A DNA stretch of 57,400 bases from Gemmatimonadota bacterium (GTDB lineage: Bacteria > Gemmatimonadota > Gemmatimonadetes > Gemmatimonadales > GWC2-71-9): contig JAZDCZ010000250.1 of the NCBI GenBank assembly GCA_036679605.1, forward strand, positions 1 through 57,400, in the 5' to 3' direction. Position numbers and translations under genes: made by a program. Below the pieces are notes generated by a model. It had not been told where the DNA came from. It saw only the letters and a list, made by a program, of their open reading frames with translations, and made no database searches. Positions 16,658 through 26,082 of the stretch are shown one piece after another. Position 1 is the first letter of the stretch. Each line of letters opens with the position of its first letter.

Positions 16658-18028
16658 ATGAAGAGAACGTTTCTTGGTGGCGTTGCGTTCGTGGTGGCAG
16701 GGATGGTACTGATGGGCTTGGCCAAGGGAACTTCCGAGCGGGCTTTTGACGGGATGCCCCAGAGCAGTGAGGCCACTGCGTTCACGAACGTCAATGTGAT
16801 TCCCATGGACCGGGAGCGTGTTCTCAGTGGCCAGACGCTTGTTGTAAATCACGGGCGCATTGTCGATATGGGTCCCGCTTCCAGCGTCAAGATACCCGAT
16901 GGTGCTCGTCGGATCGACGGGAGCGGCAAGTTCTTGATGCCCGGTCTCACGGAGATGCACGGTCATACGCCGGTACCGCAAGGGACTCCCAACACCAGTT
17001 TCGTCGAGAATATGATGTTTTTGTATGTGGCAAACGGTGTGACGACCGTTCGTGGCATGCTGGGTGCCCCCGGCCAGCTGGAGCTGAGAGAGATGGTTGC
17101 CAAAGGCGAGATAATCGGCCCAACACTCTATATGGCGGGCCCTAGTTTCAACGGCAACTCCATCGATTCTCCCAGCTCAGCCGTAAAACTCGTCCGGGAG
17201 CAGCACGACGCCGGCTGGGATCTTCTCAAGGTCCACCCCGGGCTTACACGAGCAGAATACGATGCGATGGCGATGACCGCCTCCCAGGTAGGAATTCGTT
17301 TCGGCGGGCACGTGCCGGAGGATGTGGGTCTCATCCATGCCATCAAGATGGGTCAGCAAACGTTCGACCACTTGGACGGATACCTGCAATATGCCGGTGG
17401 AACCGATGGCCCGATCGACGAGCAGCGACTTGCCCAAGCGATCACATTGACGCGTGATGCGGGGGCGGCCGTGGTCCCCACAATGGTGCTATGGGAAGTT
17501 GGTGTGATCGGTTTGGGCGACGTGAGTGAACTAAGGAAATACCCGGAACTGCGTTATTGGCCCAAGGGCCAAGTCGACGCTTGGGCTCGGCGCATGCGTC
17601 AGCGGCAATCGAGTGCAAATTTCGACACCGAACTTGCTCTGGGATTCTCTCGCAACCGGATGCGCACTCTCAAGGCACTGAGCGACGGCGGCGTCACGAT
17701 CCTGATGGGGACCGACTCGCCACAAATCTTTAGCGTACCGGGATTCTCACTGCACAGAGAAATGCGGGCAATGGCGGAAGCAGGCATGACTCCATACCAG
17801 ATTCTGGAGTCCGGCACCAGGAACGTCGGCGACTACTTCCAGAGTAAGGGCTCGTTTGGCACGGTAGCGATAGGTAGACGTGCTGACTTGATTCTCACAA
17901 ACTCCAATCCGCTGAACGATGTCGCCAACGTTGCCGACCGTGCCGGTGTGATGGTGCGTGGCCGTTGGCTTCCCGAGAGTATGATTCGGGAGCGCCTTGC
18001 AGCCATTGCCGCAGACAACGGTAACTAG
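16658..18028 (+). CDS. Secreted amidohydrolase family protein
   Basis: Signal peptide, PGLTEMHGH, GVTTVR, GTDSP, GRRADL. Confidence 0.9.
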   Translation: MKRTFLGGVAFVVAGMVLMGLAKGTSERAFDGMPQSSEATAFTNVNVIPMDRERVLSGQTLVVNHGRIVDMGPASSVKIPDGARRIDGSGKFLMPGLTEMHGHTPVPQGTPNTSFVENMMFLYVANGVTTVRGMLGAPGQLELREMVAKGEIIGPTLYMAGPSFNGNSIDSPSSAVKLVREQHDAGWDLLKVHPGLTRAEYDAMAMTASQVGIRFGGHVPEDVGLIHAIKMGQQTFDHLDGYLQYAGGTDGPIDEQRLAQAITLTRDAGAAVVPTMVLWEVGVIGLGDVSELRKYPELRYWPKGQVDAWARRMRQRQSSANFDTELALGFSRNRMRTLKALSDGGVTILMGTDSPQIFSVPGFSLHREMRAMAEAGMTPYQILESGTRNVGDYFQSKGSFGTVAIGRRADLILTNSNPLNDVANVADRAGVMVRGRWLPESMIRERLAAIAADNGN

Positions 18029-18134
18029 AACTAGCAGAGCGTTGGGTTAGTGGGTGAGTGGTCGCTTCGCACGCCGAAGTCTCCCTCCGCGCGCTGCGGT
18101 TTGCACGCAGAGAGAGGGCATCCCAGTCGGCCAC

Positions 18135-19418
18135 CTACACCACTGACCCAAAGGGGTCTTCCAGCGACGGACTCTGCGGCGTAAGCAGCTCGGCACCGTC
18201 TTCGGTAATGAGCATGTCGTCCTCTAGTCTCACGCCGAACTCACCGCGAATGTAGATACCCGGTTCGTCGCTGAACGTCATACCTGCCGCTAGTGGTAAA
18301 GTGTTGCCCTTCACCAGGTAGGGCCACTCGTGGCCATCCATGCCGATACCGTGGCCCACACGGTGTGAGAAATACTTATACGCCGGGCCGTATCCCGCGT
18401 CCTCGATCACCTTTCGCGCAGCGGCATCGACGGCCTGGCACTCGACACCGGGGCGGGCGGCCTGCAGGGCCTTGGTTTGGGCGGCGAACTCGATCTCGAA
18501 GACTTTTTTCATCTTGTCGGTCGGTGTACCGAGCACGAATGTGCGGCTGAGGTCCGATCTGTACCCTTCCACTCCACAGCCACCGTCGATCAAGAGAATC
18601 GATCCTTCCTCGACTACCTGCGGCGTGACCGAACCGTGTGGCAGTGCGGAAAACTCGCCAACCTGAACACCGGCCCCGCCTGAAAAACCCAACTTGCGGT
18701 GCGCCGTCGAGACGAGTGCGCCGAATTCGTTTTGGGTCATACCTTCTTCTAAAGCCAGGTAGGCTGCTTCGTACGCCTTCAACGTTACCTTGGAGGCCAG
18801 TCTCATTAGTTCGATTTCGTGCGCATCTTTGACAGAGCGGCAGCCTGCAGTGACGGGGGTCGCGCTGGTTAGACCGACACCTCGAGCAGCGGCACCGACC
18901 TCGTCACTGTACACGAAGCGAACGGTTTCCTCGATACCGAGTTGGCCGGTGGCGAGGCTCCTCTCTCGTAGACCGTTGGCAATTAGATCGTAGGGGCTCT
19001 CATGCTCGTTCCATGTCAACACGTCGGCGGCTCCCTCTAGCGGCCCGCGTGCGATCTGCTCTCGTGCTCGTTCTTCCTCGAAAGCAGGCGTCACCACGAA
19101 AGCCTTACCTGAAACAGGTATCACAACGGCGAACAACCGTTCGCTCAGGCCCCAGCGGATATTGGTGAAGTACCTCAGGCTGGTTCCACCTGCGAGCATG
19201 ATCGCGCCGAGCCCGTTCTGGCTCATGAGTCGTTGTGCGCGCGCGATTCTGTTCTGGCGTTCCTCCATGGTAATGGGGCTGGCTTGGTCCCGCATCGATG
19301 TGAGAGATGCTATCGAGGGAGGGGTCTGCTCGCCGGCGTCGGCCGCACCTATAGTACCGCAGGCGGAGCCTGCCAGCGCAGCTGATGATATACCAAAGAA
19401 CTTTCTACGTGAGACCAT
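18135..19418 (-). CDS. Tat-exported Xaa-Pro peptidase (M24)
   Basis: SRRKFF Tat motif, IDGG…YRSD, HRVGHGIG, EPGIY…GVRLED. Confidence 0.92.
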   Translation of the reverse strand: MVSRRKFFGISSAALAGSACGTIGAADAGEQTPPSIASLTSMRDQASPITMEERQNRIARAQRLMSQNGLGAIMLAGGTSLRYFTNIRWGLSERLFAVVIPVSGKAFVVTPAFEEERAREQIARGPLEGAADVLTWNEHESPYDLIANGLRERSLATGQLGIEETVRFVYSDEVGAAARGVGLTSATPVTAGCRSVKDAHEIELMRLASKVTLKAYEAAYLALEEGMTQNEFGALVSTAHRKLGFSGGAGVQVGEFSALPHGSVTPQVVEEGSILLIDGGCGVEGYRSDLSRTFVLGTPTDKMKKVFEIEFAAQTKALQAARPGVECQAVDAAARKVIEDAGYGPAYKYFSHRVGHGIGMDGHEWPYLVKGNTLPLAAGMTFSDEPGIYIRGEFGVRLEDDMLITEDGAELLTPQSPSLEDPFGSVV

Positions 19419-19476
19419 GGATTCACTCCAGTGGATGCGAATAAGTGCTCGTGTGCGCAAAAACTAGTGCTTTGTG

Positions 19477-19641
19477 CTACTCGAGGTAGTGTTGTGCGAG
19501 TTTACGGCCCCAATAGATACCGGCGCCCGTCCCGACCATGCTTACCATGAATGCGGTCATCATCCCCCCCATCTGGGCACCGATCCACCAACCGGCGGTG
19601 CTCCCTATGAACGCTCCGATCGTTCCTATGAGTTTCAGCAC
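19477..19641 (-). CDS. Small Gly-rich membrane protein
   Basis: GTG start with SD GAGG; two Gly-rich TM segments. Confidence 0.65.
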   Translation of the reverse strand: MLKLIGTIGAFIGSTAGWWIGAQMGGMMTAFMVSMVGTGAGIYWGRKLAQHYLE

Positions 19642-19752
19642 GGCATCCTCCAGTATTGAATGAGAATGTAACAGGTTAGCCCACATCCGCTCTCCCCCGT
19701 TACATTACCCTGCTGTCAATTCATCTACGATCAGGTCGCGGTGGAGGGGAGG

Positions 19753-20139
19753 ATGGTAATCGGATCCAAGAACTTTCGACGGGCAGTACTCGCCGTCTAT
19801 CTGGTAGTGCTTCTTACGGCGACCCTCAGTCCGCTACCAAGTACCTCGTACGACGTTGTGCGAGGAGTGGACAAACTGGTCCACGTCGTTCTCTTCGGAG
19901 GCTTGTCGATCCTTCTGTATTGGCTCGGCTTCTCGAGCATGCGCATGATGGTGGGGATCGGAGTGGTCGCAGTTTCGGGTTTTGCCGGTTTTATCGAGCT
20001 GATACAAGGCTTGTTACCGTACCGCAGCGCTGACCGAATGGATTTTCTGGCGGGCGCCGTTGGCGCTTTGCTGGGACTGGGTTTGGCGTCGATCGTTGAT
20101 CGAATCTGGAACTCGGTTGTTGCGAGTCAAGAACGGTAG
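19753..20139 (+). CDS. VanZ family membrane protein
   Basis: DKLVH…F, ELIQ…PYRS…DFLA motifs. Confidence 0.85.
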   Translation: MVIGSKNFRRAVLAVYLVVLLTATLSPLPSTSYDVVRGVDKLVHVVLFGGLSILLYWLGFSSMRMMVGIGVVAVSGFAGFIELIQGLLPYRSADRMDFLAGAVGALLGLGLASIVDRIWNSVVASQER

Positions 20140-20233
20140 TCTTCCCCGCTGGTGATGGCAGGTTCTCCGAGTTATCCTATTTTCAGCACCCCACTAGATG
20201 ATCGTTGAGGACTTACACCCTGAGAGTGCTCCC

Positions 20234-23056
20234 ATGTTTTTGAAGCCGCGTTCCATTGCGATTGCCGCCACGTTGCTAATCTCTGCGAGTCTTGCCGTCA
20301 TTTCTGAGCAGGCGATCGCGCAAGGCACGATCACTACTCCGAAGGAGCAACTGGGATTCGATATTGGTGACGACTACCAGCTCGCCACGTACAGTCAACT
20401 GTCGGAGTATTGGCACAAGCTCGAGCGAGAATCTCCGCGAATGGTGTTGAACGAAATAGGCAGAACTGCCGAGGGCCGGCCGCAGTATATGGCCATCATC
20501 ACTTCGCCCGAGAATCACCGGAACCTGGCCCGCTACAAGGAAATTTCCCAGCGGCTGGCATCAGCGCAAGACTTGGCGTCTGAAGATGCGCGTGCACTTG
20601 CTAAGGAAGGCAGGGCAGTGGTGTGGATTGACGGCGGTCTGCACGCCACCGAGGTCCTGGGTGCACATCAGTTGATGGAACTCGTCTACCAGATGGTGAG
20701 CCGGACGGACGAGGAGACGATGCGGATCCTCGATGACGTGATCATTCTAGCCGTGCATGCGAACCCGGATGGCATGGAACTCGTCTCCAACTGGTATATG
20801 CGGGAACCGGATCCCACCAAGCGGCAAAGCGGTAACATCCCGCGCCTCTACCAGAAATATGTTGGACACGACAACAACCGTGATTCCTATATGGTGGCTC
20901 AGCCAGAGACCGAGAACATGGCGCGAGTCCTGTATCGTGAATGGATCCCGCAGATATTGTACAACCATCATCAGGTTGGCCCTGCAGGCACAGTCATGTG
21001 GGCTCCGCCATTCCGTGATCCGCCGAACTACAACTTCGACCCGCTTGTATCTCTGGGCATCGAGATGGTCGGCAATGCGATGCACAGCAGGTTCGTGTTG
21101 GAAGGCAAACGCGGCGTCACGACAAGGAGTGGCGGTCCTTTCTCAACCTGGTGGAATGGCGGACTCAGAACTACCGCGTACTTCCACAATGTCATCGGGC
21201 TCCTGACCGAGACGATTGGTAATCCGACGCCGGTGGAGATCCCGCTGATTCCCGAGAGGTCGATTCGGAGCAAGGATAATCCCTTTCCGATAGAGCCACA
21301 AACGTGGCATTTCAGACAGTCGGTCGATTACTCCATTACCGGCAATAGAGCGGTGTTAGATTACGCCTCGAGGTATCGTGAGACGTTGCTATTCAACATG
21401 TATCAGATGGCTCGCAATTCCATCGAATACGGAAGCCAGGATCACTGGACGATCCATCCTAAGCGTATCGATGCTCTCAAGGCGGCCGTAAAGGCGGAGG
21501 GTGCCGAAGCCGAGGCCATAGGACCATCCGGCGGGGCACTAGCCGGATACTTCTCCCGTGGAGTACCGAAGAAGTTCCTGTCCGTGCTGCACGATCCCAA
21601 CGAGCGTGATCCCAGAGGCTACATTTTGCCGGCCAGTCAGTCGGATTTTCCGACAGCAACGAAGTTTGTGAACACATTGATCAAGAACGGTGTTACCGTG
21701 CTTCGCGCTACGAAGGCGTTCGATGTTGGGGAGAGACAGTACCCTGCGGGTTCCTACGTCGTGAAGGCCGCGCAGGCATTCAGGCCCCATATTCTCGACA
21801 TGTTCGAGCCCCAAGACCACCCCAACGACTTCGCCTATGAAGGAGGTCCTCCGACGCCACCCTATGACAACGCCGGATACACGTTGGCGTACCTAATGGG
21901 AGTAGAATTCGACAGAGTGCTAGAGGGTTTCGACGGGCCGTTTGTGAAGATAGAAGGGCTCGCGGTTACACCAGCGGGACGCGTAGCTGGGACGAGGGGA
22001 GCGGTTGGATTTCTGCTCGGCCACCAGGCGAACGACGCCGCCATAGCTACAAATCGATTCTTGGCTGCCGGAGAAGATGTCTATTGGTTGAAGAACCAGT
22101 TCTCGGTCAATGGAAAATCTTATCCAGTGGGCACCATCTACATTCCCGCGAGTTCTGCGGTGCCGGCGAAAGTTGACCAGTTGGCTTCCGAACTGGGGCT
22201 CAATTTCGATGCGGTCCGCTTGGCTCCGGGCGGTGATGCCCTCAAGTTACGGTCCGTAAGAATCGGTTTGTGGGATCAATACGGTGGCTCTATGCCATCG
22301 GGTTGGACCCGTTGGCTCTTCGAACAGTTCGAGTTCCCGTTTGAACTGGTCTATCCCAAGACACTTGATGCTGCCGATCTCAGGAAGAGATTCGACATAC
22401 TCGTTTTTGTAACAGGTGCGATTCCAGCGGCCGATCGGCAGGGTGGCGGGTTCGAAAGCTTCTTCGGTAGACAGCCGGATGCCGCTAGCATACCGGCCGA
22501 GTACCGAGACCGGCTCGGTAGCGTAACTGTCGCCGAGACCGTTCCACGACTGATCGAGTTCATGAACGAGGGCGGGACGATCATCACCATCGGGAGTTCG
22601 ACCAACCTGGCAAAGCACGCCGGCCTGCCGCTTACCGATCACTTGGTAGACGGCGACGGGAAGCACCTCACTCAGGACAAATACTATATGCCCGGTTCGG
22701 TTCTCCGAGTGAAGGTCGACAATTCTCTTCCGCTCGCCTATGGAATGAACGAGCGCACAGACGTGTTTTTCAACAATAGTCCGGTATTCCGAATGCTACC
22801 CGACGCTCAGATGAAGAACGTTCGCTCAGTGGCATGGTTCGACGGCGACGCACCGCTCAGGAGTGGTTGGGCGTGGGGACAGAGCCGACTGAACGGAGGC
22901 GTTGCTGTTGCAGCAGCCAAGGTTGGCAAGGGCAATCTATTTGTGTTCGGACCGGAGATACTGAATCGCGGCCAACCGCACGGCACGTTCAAGTTTCTGT
23001 TCAATGGGATATATCTTTCCGGCGCGACCCAGGTGAGGTTGGATCTAACCAACTGA
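20234..23056 (+). CDS. Secreted M14 family zinc carboxypeptidase
   Basis: GLHATE, NPDG, DNNRD, HHQ motifs; signal peptide. Confidence 0.9.
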   Translation: MFLKPRSIAIAATLLISASLAVISEQAIAQGTITTPKEQLGFDIGDDYQLATYSQLSEYWHKLERESPRMVLNEIGRTAEGRPQYMAIITSPENHRNLARYKEISQRLASAQDLASEDARALAKEGRAVVWIDGGLHATEVLGAHQLMELVYQMVSRTDEETMRILDDVIILAVHANPDGMELVSNWYMREPDPTKRQSGNIPRLYQKYVGHDNNRDSYMVAQPETENMARVLYREWIPQILYNHHQVGPAGTVMWAPPFRDPPNYNFDPLVSLGIEMVGNAMHSRFVLEGKRGVTTRSGGPFSTWWNGGLRTTAYFHNVIGLLTETIGNPTPVEIPLIPERSIRSKDNPFPIEPQTWHFRQSVDYSITGNRAVLDYASRYRETLLFNMYQMARNSIEYGSQDHWTIHPKRIDALKAAVKAEGAEAEAIGPSGGALAGYFSRGVPKKFLSVLHDPNERDPRGYILPASQSDFPTATKFVNTLIKNGVTVLRATKAFDVGERQYPAGSYVVKAAQAFRPHILDMFEPQDHPNDFAYEGGPPTPPYDNAGYTLAYLMGVEFDRVLEGFDGPFVKIEGLAVTPAGRVAGTRGAVGFLLGHQANDAAIATNRFLAAGEDVYWLKNQFSVNGKSYPVGTIYIPASSAVPAKVDQLASELGLNFDAVRLAPGGDALKLRSVRIGLWDQYGGSMPSGWTRWLFEQFEFPFELVYPKTLDAADLRKRFDILVFVTGAIPAADRQGGGFESFFGRQPDAASIPAEYRDRLGSVTVAETVPRLIEFMNEGGTIITIGSSTNLAKHAGLPLTDHLVDGDGKHLTQDKYYMPGSVLRVKVDNSLPLAYGMNERTDVFFNNSPVFRMLPDAQMKNVRSVAWFDGDAPLRSGWAWGQSRLNGGVAVAAAKVGKGNLFVFGPEILNRGQPHGTFKFLFNGIYLSGATQVRLDLTN

Positions 23057-24136
23057 TCGCCGGGTCTCAGAGTCCCCGTCGTCTTGGAGATGCAGGAATT
23101 CCAGGACGGCGGCTTCCTGGAGTCTCAGGCTTGCCGATGGACGTGCCCGCTTGCGTTTCGTCGGTGGCGGCCGTGCTTCGATGACAGACCCCGCCATGTA
23201 GGCCTCAATGATCTTCGGATGGATATAGTACTTTCTGCACACCGCACGGGTGTTGCCCAGACGCTCGGCGACGAGATCAACCGCCCTTACAATGTTTGCC
23301 CTTGCATCCCGTTCGGATGTGGTGGGGCCCATGTTGCCTAGCGTAGTTGCCGCGAACATGGTGCCCGCCCACGTGCGGAAATCTTTGGCCGTGATATCCT
23401 CACCCGAGATCTTCTGCAAGTATTCGTTCACGTCCGCTGACCCTACGGTCTGCCGCTGTCCGTTGTCGTCGACATACTTGAACAGTTCCTGTCCGGGAAG
23501 TGTCTGACAGTGCTGCACAATTGATGCGATGCGGCGATCGGTGATCGCCACCGACTGGCTGACACCGCTCTTGCCCCGGAACTCGAACATCAGTTTTGAG
23601 CCATCGACTGTCACATGCTTCCGCCGTAGAGTTGTGAGTCCATAGGACTTGTTCTCTTTGGTGTATTCGTCATTGCCCACCCGAATCAACGTTCGTTCTA
23701 GGAGTCGAACCACGGCGGCCAATACCTTCTCACGCGGTAGCCCCGGTTTGGAGAGATCCCGCTCGACGCGCTTGCGAATCGCAGGCAAGAACGTGCTAAA
23801 GGCAAGCATACGATCGAATTTGGTCTCATCCCGCACTGCGCGGTACCGAGGATGATAGCGATATTGCTTGCGGCCTTTGGCGTCTCTAGCGGTTACCTGA
23901 ATGTGTCCGGTCGGAATCGTGCAGATCCACACATCGGTCCAGGCCGGTGGAATCACCAAAGCCTTGATTCTCTTGAGCTTCACCGCATCTCGAATCAAGC
24001 TGCCGTCAGGGTTGTAGTATGCGAAACCGCGGCCGGAGCCTTTGCGACGGATACCTGGACTGGTATCGATGACATAACGGAGCCCCGCTACCTTGGCAGA
24101 TAGAACGTGGTCGTCTGGACGATCCGTTGCTCCCAA
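23045..24136 (-). CDS. Bacterial DNA topoisomerase IB
   Basis: IPPAWTDVWI, GRKQYRYH, RVGN, FRGKSG, KDFRTW, LGNTRAVCRKYYIHP with the catalytic Tyr. Confidence 0.93.
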   Translation of the reverse strand: MGATDRPDDHVLSAKVAGLRYVIDTSPGIRRKGSGRGFAYYNPDGSLIRDAVKLKRIKALVIPPAWTDVWICTIPTGHIQVTARDAKGRKQYRYHPRYRAVRDETKFDRMLAFSTFLPAIRKRVERDLSKPGLPREKVLAAVVRLLERTLIRVGNDEYTKENKSYGLTTLRRKHVTVDGSKLMFEFRGKSGVSQSVAITDRRIASIVQHCQTLPGQELFKYVDDNGQRQTVGSADVNEYLQKISGEDITAKDFRTWAGTMFAATTLGNMGPTTSERDARANIVRAVDLVAERLGNTRAVCRKYYIHPKIIEAYMAGSVIEARPPPTKRKRARPSASLRLQEAAVLEFLHLQDDGDSETRRSVG

Positions 24137-24186
24137 GTGTGGCCCTCCGCCGTGTGCGGGTTTGAAGAAGCCTATCCGTGCAGTCG

Positions 24187-26082
24187 CTAGCGCCTGCTCG
24201 CTAGGAGTACCCTCTGGCGCTGTCCTTCGGTTACCATGTCTCGGTCAACTATCTGCTTGACGATCGTTGCCACGAAAGAGTAACCTCTGGCATCGGCCGA
24301 TAGCCAGCGCTGCCACTCCAATTCGTCCAGAGCCTCATCGAGTGTACTACCACCCAGATCGGTACAGTGACCCAACAATTCCGCCGATGCTGGTTCACCA
24401 AGTATTGCCGCGGTGGAAAGAAGATGCTGTGCCGGCTTGCTTAGCCGCCAGAATCCCACTCGTATCGCCGCTGCAATCGCGTCGGGCAGGCCACTGGGTA
24501 GAGTTTGGGATAGGGTTCGGAGCGGCTCTGGCCATACACCCTTTGTTCTATCCAGATCTAGGCCCAAAGCGATAGCATGTAGTAATTCCACAGCCAGTAG
24601 CGGGAAACCAGCAGAATCTACGGTCACTCTTCGAGTGACTCGATCTATTTGATCGTCATCGTATGATGGAAGGGCCCACTCGACTAGCGGGCGCATGTCG
24701 TCTGCTTGCAGCTGCTCCAGCACGACCGTTGTCCCTGCCAATTGTCTACCGATCTGTGCCCTTAGCTGGTTCAGTTCGGGGCTCACTGGTGTGGCGGTCG
24801 CCGTGATACACAGTAGAATCGGAGCGTCCGCGAGGTCTCTCATGGTGGCAGACAGCATTAGCAGGGATTCGCCGCCACACCAGTCGGCATCATCTAGGAA
24901 AAGGAAAGCAGGTCGCTCCAACGAAACTGCTCGCAGCACCTCCGTTAGGGCGAGACCGATCGGCTGTGGCTCTACTCCGGCGCATTGGAACCGGTCTGCC
25001 CACTCAGGAATCAGTTGAGCGAACGAGCAGACGGCGGCGGGTGATGCCCCGGCAAGTCCGGGACTCGTCAATACCCCTCCGCGGGCAAGACCGAGAACCC
25101 CGGAATTGGGAGAACTCTGATCGCTTTCGACCGCCCTGAACGTCACCGTCGTGGCTCCGTCCAGTGACGCTCTGATCAGTAGCTCCTCGGCAAGCCGAGT
25201 CTTGCCGACCCCCGAATCACCGGCAATACAACAGACGGAAGCGGTACCGTTCCTCGTGTTCTCCCACGAGGCTAGTAATTGGCCAAGTTGCGCCGACCGA
25301 CCCACGAGCGGCGCACGACGTGACTCGGCACCGGTGTCGGTTCCAGACGTTACCGAAGCGGGAAGCTTCCATATCCTTTGACCTCTAACCCGCTCGGCAA
25401 GCTCTGCTGTTTCCGTATCTGGTTCAGCACCCAAGTGTTGAAGTCGTTCCTGAAAGACCTGGTAGTAGTCTAGGGCCTGCCCTCGGTCACCTTGCAGGGC
25501 CAGGCCTCTGAGCATGACGCGTGTTGCCGCGGGCGATCCAGGGTCCATTGTGTGTGCCCGTTGGGCGTTGGCTATTGCGGTCGCAGAATCGCCCTGGGCC
25601 AGGGACTCTTCGGCGTAGCGCATTAGAACGCCTACACTGTGCCCACGCCAATGGAGTCGCTCGGAACCGAGCCAGTCTTCGAAAGCAGATGCGGAGGGAA
25701 CGGTGAACCCTTCGAGGAACTCACCACGCACCAACTCCGCCGCACCACGCGCATCGCTTGAGTCTTCCAGTTGCTGCAAGGTGTCGACATCAAGGTGGAC
25801 GGCATTCTCCGCGAGCCGAACATGATCGCTCTCGACCTCCAGGCCATCGTCGCCCAAGACATTGCGGAGAATTCGTATTGCCTCGCGCAGCGAATGTCTG
25901 GCACGGTCCTCAGGTTTGTCGGGCCAGAAGAGACCAACGAGGTGCTCACGACTTCGCATCCGGCCGGGCGATCGAGCCAGATAGACGAGGAGCGCAAAAT
26001 TCTTGCGGTGCTGCAACTCGGCAGGTGCCTCACCGCCGTCTAGCGTGATCACGCGCGGTCCGAGAGTCAGTATTTCTATCAT
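24187..26082 (-). CDS. SARP/BTAD transcriptional activator fused to a AAA (STAND-like) ATPase
   Basis: ALLVYLA…REHL…FWPD…SLR wHTH, GEFLEGF…FEDWL BTAD, Walker A GDSGVGKT, Walker B FLFLDDADW. Confidence 0.85.
   Translation of the reverse strand: MIEILTLGPRVITLDGGEAPAELQHRKNFALLVYLARSPGRMRSREHLVGLFWPDKPEDRARHSLREAIRILRNVLGDDGLEVESDHVRLAENAVHLDVDTLQQLEDSSDARGAAELVRGEFLEGFTVPSASAFEDWLGSERLHWRGHSVGVLMRYAEESLAQGDSATAIANAQRAHTMDPGSPAATRVMLRGLALQGDRGQALDYYQVFQERLQHLGAEPDTETAELAERVRGQRIWKLPASVTSGTDTGAESRRAPLVGRSAQLGQLLASWENTRNGTASVCCIAGDSGVGKTRLAEELLIRASLDGATTVTFRAVESDQSSPNSGVLGLARGGVLTSPGLAGASPAAVCSFAQLIPEWADRFQCAGVEPQPIGLALTEVLRAVSLERPAFLFLDDADWCGGESLLMLSATMRDLADAPILLCITATATPVSPELNQLRAQIGRQLAGTTVVLEQLQADDMRPLVEWALPSYDDDQIDRVTRRVTVDSAGFPLLAVELLHAIALGLDLDRTKGVWPEPLRTLSQTLPSGLPDAIAAAIRVGFWRLSKPAQHLLSTAAILGEPASAELLGHCTDLGGSTLDEALDELEWQRWLSADARGYSFVATIVKQIVDRDMVTEGQRQRVLLASRR

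Noticed and set aside
23045..24136. Topoisomerase IB as a tyrosine recombinase marking a mobile element
   Set aside because: The motifs are those of TopIB, and no att sites or mobile genes flank it.
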